A stretch of 64,000 nt of DNA from Longimicrobiales bacterium (GCA_046483065.1 JAWODW010000053.1:75408-139407); one strand, 5' to 3'; shown: positions 38,291 through 47,134, numbered from the stretch's first letter. Made by a program: numbers and translations. Notes: generated by a model from the letters alone, not told the origin.

Positions 38291-38639
38291 TTTTCCCTCC
38301 ATGGTTGTAGGTCCGTTATTCAGGTTTTCGCTTCTCTGTCAGCTGCGCCGGGTGTCCGGCGCGTTGCCGCCCGTAAGAAGGAGCATCAGTCATGCCAGGT
38401 GGTTTCCGCCAGATTGGCAGGGATGACATGCGAAGACCTGCGGGCTGAATGCACGCATGGCGGACCGTCTGCCGGATTGGAAGACGCAACGGCGGATGGA
38501 GCCGGCTCGCCGGCCGGCTTCGTCGCGTCTTCGGGTGCAACGGAGGGTGGCTTGTCCGGCCACGGTGCGAAGCGCCCGGATGCCGGACGCACCGGCGTCG
38601 TCGCTTGCCGGTCCCGGTAAACGCCGTCATCTTCGCGCC

Positions 38640-39380
38640 ATGGAAATGAGAGAGCATTACGTGGCGTCGGGCCACTGGCTGTTCCGGCGACGGAGCTGGC
38701 TGCCCCTGATCCCGTTCGTCTTCGTCATCATCGGGCTGGTAGGCTACGAGTACCCGTCGGGGAGCCGGTCGCTGCATCACGCCTGGGGCGTCTTCTGTCT
38801 CCTGGTGGGGCTGTTCGGCGTGGGGATCCGGGCGCTGACCGTCGGATACATCGCCGGCGGGACCTCGGGCCGGAACCGCTCGCGCCAGGTGGCGGAGACG
38901 CTGAATACCCGGGGGATCTACTCCGTGGTGCGTCACCCACTGTACCTGGGTAACTACTTCATGTGGCTGGGCGCCGCGCTCCTGCCCCGTGACCCCTGGG
39001 TGGTGCTGGTGGTAACACTCGTGTTCTGGCTCTACTACGAGCGCATCATGACCGCCGAGGAAGACTTCCTCCGCGGCAAGTTCGGTGAGGCGTTCGAGGA
39101 GTGGGCCGCGCGGACGCCGGCGTTCATCCCGGCGCTGGGCCGGTGGCGGTCGGAGGACCGGCCGTTCTCCTTCCGGATGATCCTTCGCCGGGAGCACTCC
39201 GGGGTGTACGGCCTGATCGCCACCATCTGTGTGCTGGCCCAGGCGGCCGACATGGTGGCCGCCGGCGAGCTGCGGATCGATCCGTTCTGGGCGTGGCTGT
39301 TCGGCGTGGCCACGGTGCTGCTCGGGCTCGTGGTGGCGCTGAAGCGTTACACCGACCTTCTCGAAGTCACCGACCGGTAG
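38640..39380 (+). CDS. Isoprenylcysteine carboxyl methyltransferase (ICMT)/PEMT-like membrane methyltransferase
   Basis: Start trimmed to the ATG at 38640. Several TM helices. Signature GIYSVVRHPLYLGNYFMWLGAAL and ERIMTAEEDFL. Confidence 0.8.
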   Translation: MEMREHYVASGHWLFRRRSWLPLIPFVFVIIGLVGYEYPSGSRSLHHAWGVFCLLVGLFGVGIRALTVGYIAGGTSGRNRSRQVAETLNTRGIYSVVRHPLYLGNYFMWLGAALLPRDPWVVLVVTLVFWLYYERIMTAEEDFLRGKFGEAFEEWAARTPAFIPALGRWRSEDRPFSFRMILRREHSGVYGLIATICVLAQAADMVAAGELRIDPFWAWLFGVATVLLGLVVALKRYTDLLEVTDR

Positions 39381-39497
39381 GGGCCCCGGTACCGATCGTG
39401 CGCGGTGACGACGTCGGAAGGCCGGGCCGCCGTCGCTGGCGCACGGTCTGACGCGTTCCTAGCTTGGAGAGTCCGACACCAGCCCCCGGGAGGTTCC

Positions 39498-41288
39498 TTG
39501 CAGCTACGTACGATTCCGCTCATCGCCATGGCGGTCACGTTCGCCCTGGCCTGCGGATCCGCGCCAGACCGAGAGTCCGGTACACCGGGCCCGGGTGGGC
39601 CGGGTGGGCCGGGCATCCCGGTCACCCAGGACGAGATCGATGACGCCGCCGAGGAATTCGATCTGATCCGGACCGGCTTCCTGGAGTGGTACTTCGAGGC
39701 TCATCCGGTTCGGGCGACGGAGCTGGGCGTCCACGACTACGACCACCGCCTCCCGGCGCTGGACCGGGTCGGGATCCAGCGCCGGATCGACGACCTCCTC
39801 CGGTGGCTCTCGGACCTGGAGGAGGTCCGCTTCGTCCTCATGGCCGGGGATGACCGCTACGACTACGCGGTCCTCGAGTACGGGATCCGGTCGGAGCTCC
39901 TGGAGCTGGAGGAGTCCCGGGACTGGGCCAACGACCCGGGGCTGTACACCGGGCTGATCGCCCGCGGGCTGGCCGCCGTGGCGGAGCGGGAGTACGCGCC
40001 GTTCGCCACCCGGACCGGGGCCCTTACCGCGCGCATGACGGCCGCGCCGGCGCTGCTGGAGGCGGTGCGGTCGAACGTGCGTCAGCCGCCGCGGGTGTGG
40101 ACGGAGCTGGCGGTGGGCGAGGCCCGGGGACTGCTGGAGTACCTGGAAGAGGACCTGCCGACGCTGCTGCGGGCGCAGCGTGGCGCGATCCCCGGCGAGC
40201 TGGAGGAGGCCCGGTCCGCGCTTGCCGGTGCCCTCCAGTCTCATATCGACTGGCTCACGGAGGATCTTCTGGCCCGGTCGACGGGCACGTTCCGCCTGGG
40301 CCGCTACCTGCTGGAGCGCAGGCTCCTCTACGACGAGCACATCTTCCTGGGGCTGAGTGAGCTGGAGCGGCTGAATGTCAACGCCATCAACGAGTACCGG
40401 CAGCAGGTGGCCGAGGTGGCGGAGACCATCGACCCGGATCGGTCGCCGAAGGAGATCATCGATTCCATCACCCGGGTCGGCCCCGAGCCGGAAGAGCTCC
40501 TGCCCCGGGCGCGCGCAGCGCTCACCACCGCACGGGACTGGAGCACGGAGAGCGGCGTGGTGCCCGTCCCCCGCGACGCGCTGCCGACGGTCCGGGAGTC
40601 GCCGCCGTACGCACGGGCGCTGTTCGCGTCGCTGGACGCGCCGGGCCCGTTCGCGCCCGACAGCCTGGAAGTCTTCTACAACCTGACCAACGTCCGCCCG
40701 GGGTGGGACGAGGCGGTGCGCCGTGGGCATATGTCGTACTTCAACGATGCCGGCCTCGTAATCACCACCCTCCACACCACGTTCCCGGGGCGCTACGTCC
40801 AGCAGCAGTACGCCCGGGACCTGGTGCCGCTACGGCGCGTGCTGGCCACGAAGACGTTCACGGCGGGGTGGGCCCACTACGCCACCGGAATGGCGCTGGA
40901 TGAAGGGTTCTCCGACGACCCCGCGGTCCGCCTGGAGCAGCTCCGGCGTGCGCTCCAGCGGCACGCCCGCTGGTTCGCAGTGGTCCGGCTCCACGCCATG
41001 GACGAGCCGCTGGACCAGGTGGTGACCGGGTTCATGGAGATCGCCTACTTCGACGAGGTCCCGGCCCGCAGGGAGGTCCTGCAGGCCACCCGCGATCCGG
41101 GCCTCATGGCCGACGCGCTGGGCCGGATGCAGATCCTCCAGCTCCGGGACGACTACCGCCAACACAGGGAGGAGGACGACGAGCCGTTCTCCCTGGTCGG
41201 GTTCCATACCGAGCTCCTGCGGCTCGGGCTCCCGTTCCCGTTGGCCCGGGAGGTCATGATCCCCAGCGACCCGGACCAGGGCCGATGA
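39498..41288 (+). CDS. DUF885-family lipoprotein (metallopeptidase-like fold), with apparently degenerate metal-site motifs
   Basis: TTG at 39498 preceded by gggagg; ATG alternatives lie downstream. Lipobox FALACGS. Length and overall pattern fit DUF885. HTTFPGRY and AGWAHYAT occupy the positions where I recall HE..PGHH and EGWA.YAE. Confidence 0.7.
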   Translation: MQLRTIPLIAMAVTFALACGSAPDRESGTPGPGGPGGPGIPVTQDEIDDAAEEFDLIRTGFLEWYFEAHPVRATELGVHDYDHRLPALDRVGIQRRIDDLLRWLSDLEEVRFVLMAGDDRYDYAVLEYGIRSELLELEESRDWANDPGLYTGLIARGLAAVAEREYAPFATRTGALTARMTAAPALLEAVRSNVRQPPRVWTELAVGEARGLLEYLEEDLPTLLRAQRGAIPGELEEARSALAGALQSHIDWLTEDLLARSTGTFRLGRYLLERRLLYDEHIFLGLSELERLNVNAINEYRQQVAEVAETIDPDRSPKEIIDSITRVGPEPEELLPRARAALTTARDWSTESGVVPVPRDALPTVRESPPYARALFASLDAPGPFAPDSLEVFYNLTNVRPGWDEAVRRGHMSYFNDAGLVITTLHTTFPGRYVQQQYARDLVPLRRVLATKTFTAGWAHYATGMALDEGFSDDPAVRLEQLRRALQRHARWFAVVRLHAMDEPLDQVVTGFMEIAYFDEVPARREVLQATRDPGLMADALGRMQILQLRDDYRQHREEDDEPFSLVGFHTELLRLGLPFPLAREVMIPSDPDQGR

Positions 41289-41319
41289 CCCTCTTGAACC
41301 TTTGACCCGAGACCCGACC

Positions 41320-42318
41320 ATGGCAGAGACCAAGCGCCCCACCATCGCCGACGCCGAAGAGATCCTGGGCGGCTACTTCCCCGTCCTCGACCACGGGTTC
41401 GTGGCACTGGTCGACTACATGGGCAGTGATGGCGACATCGAGCGCGCGGCCCGCGTCAGCTACGGCTACGGGACCCGGAAGGTGAGTCAGACCCGGGGGC
41501 TGGTCCGCTACCTCCGTCGCCATAAGCACACCACACCCAGTGAGATGGTGGAGCTGAAGTTCCACGTCTGTATGCCGATCTTCGTGGCCCGGCAGTGGAT
41601 CCGGCACCGGACGGCGAACGTGAACGAGTACAGCGGCCGCTACTCCCTGATGCCGCTCCTCTTCTACACGCCCGACGCCCATGACTTCGCCCTCCAGAGC
41701 GCCGACAACAAACAGGGCCGGCTCACCAAGGGCGCCGACCCGGCGCTCTACCGTGAGGCCATCGAACGGTGGGAAGCCACCCGGAAGCAGGCGGCCGACG
41801 ACTACGAATGGCTCGTGGCCCAGGACGTGGCCCGGGAGCTGGCCCGCATCGACCTGCCACTCTCGACCTATACCCAGTGGTACTGGAAGATCGACCTCCA
41901 CAACCTGATCCACTTCCTCACGCTCCGGGCAGACCTCCACGCACAGTACGAGATCCGGGCCTACGCCGAGGTCATGGCCGGGATGCTCAAGCGCGTGGCG
42001 CCGCTCTCGTACGAGGCGTGGATCGACTACGGCTTCGCCGCGGCGCCCATGTCACGGGCCGAGCTGGCCGCGCTGACCGACCTCATCGAGGCCACCCCCG
42101 ACGACGACGGCGGGACCCTGACCGCCCGCGATGGCACAGCCCTCGATACCGCCGCGCTACGGGAGCACGGCCTCAGCAGGCGGGAGGTGCAGGAGATGAT
42201 CGACAAGCTCCAGCCCGCGGAGACCCCCGACTTCGAGCTCGATCTCTCGCGCATGGAGTCCGCCGAGACCGTGGGCGAGAGGATGCGGGCGGCGGTGCCG
42301 AAGCTCGACCTGGAGTAG
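41320..42318 (+). CDS. thyX: FAD-dependent thymidylate synthase ThyX
   Basis: LDHGFVALVDYMG, SYG, and the ThyX motif RHRTANVNEYS (RHR-X7-S). 332 aa, with a C-terminal extension relative to minimal ThyX proteins. Confidence 0.9.
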   Translation: MAETKRPTIADAEEILGGYFPVLDHGFVALVDYMGSDGDIERAARVSYGYGTRKVSQTRGLVRYLRRHKHTTPSEMVELKFHVCMPIFVARQWIRHRTANVNEYSGRYSLMPLLFYTPDAHDFALQSADNKQGRLTKGADPALYREAIERWEATRKQAADDYEWLVAQDVARELARIDLPLSTYTQWYWKIDLHNLIHFLTLRADLHAQYEIRAYAEVMAGMLKRVAPLSYEAWIDYGFAAAPMSRAELAALTDLIEATPDDDGGTLTARDGTALDTAALREHGLSRREVQEMIDKLQPAETPDFELDLSRMESAETVGERMRAAVPKLDLE

Positions 42319-42497
42319 CGGTGCCGGCGTTTCGGGGATCGCCGGCTTCGGGAAGATCCGGCCCGTCCGGCGCGAGCTTCGGCACCGCCGCTTCGCAGTG
42401 GGGGTGGGACTCGGGGTAGGGGAGCCGCCCGCGTACCGAAGGCGGTCGGCCACGAAACCCGACCACGAGCCCGACCCCGACCTCGAAGCGACGCCCC

Positions 42498-43457
42498 ATG
42501 CTTACCACCTGCCTCGCCTGTCACAAACCGTTCCCGGCCAATGAGACGGTGGAGTCCTTCCCCACCGGGCGTCGCATCGCGTTCGACCCTCGACGGGGGC
42601 GCCTCTGGGCCGTCTGCCCGTCGTGTGCACGGTGGACGCTGGCGCCGTTCGAAGCGCGCTGGGAGGCGCTGGAGGAGCTCGAGCGACTGACCCGTGACCG
42701 GGCGCGGCTCCTGGCCGGGACCGACAACATCGGGCTCCTCACCGTCGGTGACATCGAGATCGTGCGCGTGGGGCGCGCGAACCGCCGGGAGGAGAGCTGG
42801 TGGCGGTTCGGGAAGGAGTTCGCCGTCCGGCGGAAGCGGGCCAAGCGGCAGGTGCTCAAAGGGAAGATCGTGGATGCCGCCTTCATCATGCTGATCTCCG
42901 GCATCCCGTTCTGGGGGCTCAGCGATCCCGATCACTGGATCGGCAGGGCCCGGAAGAAGGAGTTCGGCAAGGACCTGTGGAAAGGGCCGCTGGCCCACTG
43001 CGAGCGGTGCGGACGGCCCATCGAGCGGCTCCGGTTCCGGGACTCCGGGCTCCTGGACATCCGCGCGACCGCCGCCGGGCCGTTCGCCGTCCACGTGGAC
43101 TGCCCCCGGTGCGAGGGCCGATACGCTGAGGAGCGCCGAGGCGGGATCATCACCGGCGTCCCCGCCGAGCACATCCTGCGGCGCACGCTCGCGTACCGGA
43201 ATTTCGCCGGCGGCTCGGAGACCACGGTAGAGGAGGCCGTGGGGCTCGTCGAGTCGTATGACTCCACGGAGCACCTGCTCCGACGCGTGGCGGAGCACAA
43301 CGTGCCCATCGAGCGGATGACCACCAAGGGATCGTTCGCGCTGGAGATCGCCCTCAACGAAGACGTGGAGCGCCGGCTCCTGGAGATGGAGCTGAAGGAG
43401 CTCGAGGCCCGGTGGCAGAGGGAGGAGGAGGTCGCCGCCATCGCCGATCGGCTGTAG
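42498..43457 (+). CDS. Double zinc-ribbon protein of unknown function (paralog 2)
   Basis: 319 aa. CLAC...CPSC and CERC...CPRC cysteine pairs. A possible TM or amphipathic segment IVDAAFIMLISGIPFWGL. Collinear similarity to 31842-32798. Confidence 0.75.
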   Translation: MLTTCLACHKPFPANETVESFPTGRRIAFDPRRGRLWAVCPSCARWTLAPFEARWEALEELERLTRDRARLLAGTDNIGLLTVGDIEIVRVGRANRREESWWRFGKEFAVRRKRAKRQVLKGKIVDAAFIMLISGIPFWGLSDPDHWIGRARKKEFGKDLWKGPLAHCERCGRPIERLRFRDSGLLDIRATAAGPFAVHVDCPRCEGRYAEERRGGIITGVPAEHILRRTLAYRNFAGGSETTVEEAVGLVESYDSTEHLLRRVAEHNVPIERMTTKGSFALEIALNEDVERRLLEMELKELEARWQREEEVAAIADRL

Positions 43458-43845
43458 CAGGTCACTCCCATCCTTCAGCGACCTGTTAGACGGCGGACGC
43501 GGGGCCCGAAACGACGGAAGACGGAGGCCTGGGGGGTGCGGTCCGTTCCGACCGCCAAGTCAGGGCACTCCGCCTTCCGCGATCTGCGCGGGGGGCGGGA
43601 CCGACAGCTCGTCTCGGCGACGATCCGACGGCCCGCCCTGGGGCTTCCCGCTGTTATCGGCTGCCGAACGGCATCGGCTCGAGACGCATGATGCGCAGCT
43701 TCCTGGGCATGTACGGGCCCGCTCTGTATTGACAGGGAAAACACTGATGCAGCCGTGGGGAATTTCCCTACACGACACTCTCTAAATACGGCCCGGATCG
43801 GCCGGCGTCAAGGGTTTTGCTGGTGGGCCGAGTGAGGAGGGCGCG

Positions 43846-44358
43846 TCAGCGACGGCGCGGGAAGGAGCCCAGGAGGGGCACGGGGTCCTCCTGGTTGCCG
43901 CTGCGGACGATTTCGAAGTGTACGTGGGGCGCGGAGGAGGAGCCGCTGGATCCGGCGAGCCCGATGACGGGACGGCCATGGAGCTGCTGGCCCGTCTCGG
44001 TGCGGATGGCGGAGAGGTGGGCGTACACGCTCTGCACGCCGCCTCCGTGATCGACGATCACCACCAGGCCGTACCCTCTCTGGGTGCCGGCGAACGCCAC
44101 GCGCCCGGGAGCCATGGCGCGTACGGGCGTCCCCATGGGCACGCTGATGTCCACACCCCGGTGGATCTGGAAATCCAGCCCGCCCCGGTGCCGGAGCCCG
44201 AAGGGCGAGGTTAACGTTCCGTCCACCGGCCAGCGCGGGACCGAGCACCCCGCAAGGACGAGGACGCCGGCCAGGAGGAGCAGCCGTGATCGAAAACGGG
44301 CGGGACGAGTCACGCCAGGATGGCGCACGCCGGGTCGGGGCAGGATCGGTCGTTGCAT
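43846..44358 (-). CDS. M23 (LytM-type) metallopeptidase lipoprotein
   Basis: Start trimmed to the ATG at 44358. Lipobox LLLAGVLVLAGCS. HRGVDI (HxxxD) and APHVHFEI (HxH). Confidence 0.85.
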   Translation of the reverse strand: MQRPILPRPGVRHPGVTRPARFRSRLLLLAGVLVLAGCSVPRWPVDGTLTSPFGLRHRGGLDFQIHRGVDISVPMGTPVRAMAPGRVAFAGTQRGYGLVVIVDHGGGVQSVYAHLSAIRTETGQQLHGRPVIGLAGSSGSSSAPHVHFEIVRSGNQEDPVPLLGSFPRRR

Positions 44359-44481
44359 GGGCGGAAAGCTGGGCGAGGTCGTCGCGCCGTGCAACGGCGA
44401 AGTGTCGGGAACCTCCCGCGCTCCGCCGGAATTGAGAGGGCGGAGACAGACCATTCGACGCTACGTGACCGGAGGCGGACG

Positions 44482-45006
44482 ATGACGACGGGGCTGGAGG
44501 AGTACTGGGACAAGGCGGTCACATTCGACCGCTGGCTCGACCAGGTGGAAGCGAACCGGGACCTGTGGCGGGGCATCTACGACAGAGCCGCCGTGGAGCC
44601 GGGCGTGGTCGACCGGGTGGACGGACCGTTCCGCCTGCTGGTCCTGGCCGAGGATTGGTGTGGCGATGCGGTGAACACGATCCCGTGGCTGGCACGCCTC
44701 GCCGAGGCGAGCCACGCGCTGGAGCTGCGGATCCTCCGCCGCGACGAGAACCCGGCGCTCATGGCCAGCCACACCACCGGCGGCTCGAGCTCGATCCCCG
44801 TGGTCATGGTCCTCGACCGCGCCTTCCACGAGCTGGGTTGGTGGGGCCCGCGCCCCGAAGAGCTCCAGGCGTGGGTGCTGGAGGAAGGCCTCGCCCTGAC
44901 CAAGCAGGAGAGGTACATGCACGTCCGGGCGTGGTACGCCCGGGACCGCGGCCGCACCACACTGGCGGAAGTGCTCGCGCTCATCGAGCGGGAAGCGGCG
45001 AGGTAG
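44482..45006 (+). CDS. Thioredoxin-fold family protein (single-Cys WCGD motif)
   Basis: RBS ggagg 6 nt upstream of the ATG at 44482. LLVLAEDWCGDAVNTIPW and IPVVMVLD are typical of the thioredoxin-like family of this size. Confidence 0.7.
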   Translation: MTTGLEEYWDKAVTFDRWLDQVEANRDLWRGIYDRAAVEPGVVDRVDGPFRLLVLAEDWCGDAVNTIPWLARLAEASHALELRILRRDENPALMASHTTGGSSSIPVVMVLDRAFHELGWWGPRPEELQAWVLEEGLALTKQERYMHVRAWYARDRGRTTLAEVLALIEREAAR

Positions 45007-45039
45007 AGGGCTCGCTGCGCTGAAAGGAGACGCGGCGCG

Positions 45040-45096
45040 CTGCCGGGGGCGCCGCGCACTGCCGGGGGCGCCGCGCACTGCCGAGGAGCCGGCGCA
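45040..45096. repeat. 3 x 19-bp tandem repeat (ctgccgggggcgccgcgca)
   Basis: Two perfect units at 45040-45058 and 45059-45077, and a degenerate third at 45078-45096. It lies 34 nt after the stop of the thioredoxin-like gene, and each unit can pair with gcggcgc at 45032-45038. Confidence 0.85.
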
Positions 45097-45166
45097 CGCG
45101 GCCGGGTCCCATCTTTGCAGTGTCTTGGATCGGAGAGAGTTTCCCCCCAGAGCAGGGAGCAGTGGA

Positions 45167-46111
45167 ATGAGCGGAAGCGGGAGTACGACGAAGCACGGGG
45201 TGGCAGGGGGTGTTCTGGCGGCCACGGCCATCGTGATCTTCTTCCTGATCGTGGATGTGGTCCAGGGTCAGACGTTCCAGACGCCGCAGTTCCTGGCCGG
45301 CGTTCTTCTGGGTCGGGGTGAGGCGCAGATCGGGTTCGGGATGCTCGCCGTGTACACGGCGCTCCACTACGCCGTGTTCGTGGCGGTGGGCGTGGTCACG
45401 ACGTGGGCGCTGCGGGCGTTCCGACTGCCGGCGTCGGTGCTCCTGGGCCTCGTGGTCGGGTTCCTCCTCTTCGACGTGGTGTTCTACGCGGGTGTGGGGT
45501 TGACCGGGGTGAACGTCGTGGAGGCACTGGGCTGGCCGAGCTTCCTGGCCGCGAACCTATTGGGCGGGGTCACCCTCATGGTCTACCTGTCCGGGTCGGG
45601 CGCGGCGCCCGGCCGGAGTTGGGCCGAGGCGCTATCCCAGCACCGAATGGTGCGGGAGGGGCTGATCGCGGGTGCCATCGGCGCCGTGGCCGTGGCGGCC
45701 TGGTTCTTTATGGTGGACCTGGGGATGGGACGCATCCTGTATACGCCCGCCGCCCTGGGCTCCGCCCTGTTCATGGGCGTCGATGCCCCCGGGGCCGTGG
45801 AGGTCACCGTGGCGACCGTCCTGGGCTACACGGGGGTGCATTTCGCCGGGTTCGTCGCCATGGGGCTGGTCTTCGCCGCGCTGATCACCCGGGCGGAGCA
45901 GAGCCCGCCTCTCCTCATGGGGCTCACCCTTCTCTTCGTGACCTTCGAGACGCTTCTGCTGGGGCTGGTGGCGATCCTGGCGGCGTGGCTTCTGGACGTA
46001 GTGCCGTGGTGGAGCATGGCGTTGAGCAACCTCGTGGCGGCCGCGGCCATGGCGACGTATCTGTGGCGAGCTCACCCCGGGCTGGCGGAAAGCGTGGCGA
46101 AGGCGGAGTAA
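45167..46111 (+). CDS. Integral membrane protein with an internal two-fold duplication (unknown function)
   Basis: RBS agggag. 314 aa with about 8 TM helices. The N- and C-terminal halves align (see findings). Confidence 0.7.
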   Translation: MSGSGSTTKHGVAGGVLAATAIVIFFLIVDVVQGQTFQTPQFLAGVLLGRGEAQIGFGMLAVYTALHYAVFVAVGVVTTWALRAFRLPASVLLGLVVGFLLFDVVFYAGVGLTGVNVVEALGWPSFLAANLLGGVTLMVYLSGSGAAPGRSWAEALSQHRMVREGLIAGAIGAVAVAAWFFMVDLGMGRILYTPAALGSALFMGVDAPGAVEVTVATVLGYTGVHFAGFVAMGLVFAALITRAEQSPPLLMGLTLLFVTFETLLLGLVAILAAWLLDVVPWWSMALSNLVAAAAMATYLWRAHPGLAESVAKAE

Positions 46112-46116
46112 CGGCG

Positions 46117-46153
46117 GCGCGCCTCCGGCGCGCAACCGGCGGCCTTCGGCCGC
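46117..46153. terminator. Two adjacent short GC hairpins between convergent genes
   Basis: gcgcgcc-tcc-ggcgcgc (46117-46133) and gcggcc-ttc-ggccgc (46139-46153). They lie between the stops at 46111 (+) and 46168 (-). There is no clear U tract. Confidence 0.35.
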
Positions 46154-46167
46154 AGCAGGGCTCGCCC

Positions 46168-46503
46168 CTACGCGTAGTTCGGGAGGACGTTGAAGAGGAG
46201 GATGAGCGCCACCACGAGGAACACGGCGAGGAGCATGGGCGCCAGGAAGACGCCGGTGAAGATTCGGCTGTCCATCTTCAGGTGCATGTAGAACATGACC
46301 ACCAGGACGAACTTCCCTGCCGACAGCGTCAGGAGGAGAGGGACGATGACGCCGGAGAGGGCCGGGATGTAGAAGATGGCCACCTCGAGGGCGGTGATCA
46401 CCGTGAGCACGGCGGCCACCACCAGATAGGTCATGTAGCCGGGGTGCTCGTGGTCCCCGGTCTCGTCACCGGGGTGCTGTGTGTGCTCGACTGCGTCTGC
46501 CAT
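46168..46503 (-). CDS. ctaF: Cytochrome c oxidase subunit IV (bacterial aa3/caa3 type)
   Basis: 111 aa with three TM helices. HPGYMTYLVVAAVLTVITALEVAIFY and FYMHLKMD are typical of the prokaryotic COX4 family. It is the last gene of the cta operon. Confidence 0.85.
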   Translation of the reverse strand: MADAVEHTQHPGDETGDHEHPGYMTYLVVAAVLTVITALEVAIFYIPALSGVIVPLLLTLSAGKFVLVVMFYMHLKMDSRIFTGVFLAPMLLAVFLVVALILLFNVLPNYA

Positions 46504-46516
46504 TGGGTCTCCTCGA

Positions 46517-47134
46517 TCAGCCCGGTGTCTGGAGCAGGTAGATCAGGGTGAAGATCACGATCCACACGATATCGACGAAGTGCCAGTAGAGGCCGGCGAT
46601 CTCGACCTTCAACGCGTCGTCGGCGCCGATCCGGCCGGCGAACGTCTGGAGCCAGAGGATCAGGAGCCAGATGACGCCGATGGTCACGTGTGCGCCATGG
46701 AACCCGGTCAGGATGAAGAAGGAGCTCCCGAACAGGTTGGTCTGCAGCGTGAGTCCCTCGTGGTAGAAGTGGGTGAACTCGTACGCCTGGAATCCCAGGA
46801 ACGTGATTCCGAGGGCGATCACTGCCATGAGCCAGATCAGCGCGCCTTTCCGGTTGCCGCGCTGCACGCTCGCCAGCGCCAGGACCATGGCCAGGCTCGA
46901 CATGAGCAGCACAAAGGTGCTGACCGACGTGAGCGGGATGTCCAGGATCTCGTGGGGCAGCGGCCCTTCCACGCTCCGGCCCGCGTAGATCATGTACGTG
47001 GCGATGAACGACCCGAAGAAGAGGGTCTCGGACCCCAGGAAGGTCCAGAATCCCACCTTCCAGGTGTCCAGCCCCGTACTCGTGGGCGGATGGTGTCCGG
47101 CGTGTCCCGTTGCTTTGGCGTGCGCTTCCATCAC
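46517..47134 (-). CDS. ctaE: Cytochrome c oxidase subunit III
   Basis: 205 aa. FILTGFHGAHVTIGVIWL and WHFVDIVWI motifs of COX3. Confidence 0.9.
   Translation of the reverse strand: MMEAHAKATGHAGHHPPTSTGLDTWKVGFWTFLGSETLFFGSFIATYMIYAGRSVEGPLPHEILDIPLTSVSTFVLLMSSLAMVLALASVQRGNRKGALIWLMAVIALGITFLGFQAYEFTHFYHEGLTLQTNLFGSSFFILTGFHGAHVTIGVIWLLILWLQTFAGRIGADDALKVEIAGLYWHFVDIVWIVIFTLIYLLQTPG

Noticed and set aside
38303-38456. Heat-shock control element (CIRCE, ROSE-like thermometer or sigma-32 promoter) upstream of hsp20.
   Set aside because: There is no TTAGCACTC-N9-GAGTGCTAA inverted repeat and no CTTGAAA/CCCCAT pair. I also could not build a convincing SD-masking hairpin by eye, so I made no call.
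43475-43778. Two minus-strand ORFs (89 and 72 aa) in the gap after zinc-ribbon paralog 2.
   Set aside because: They are mutually overlapping and Arg/Pro/Ser-rich. They have no RBS, no family resemblance and no signal of the genome's codon bias, so I treated the region as non-coding.
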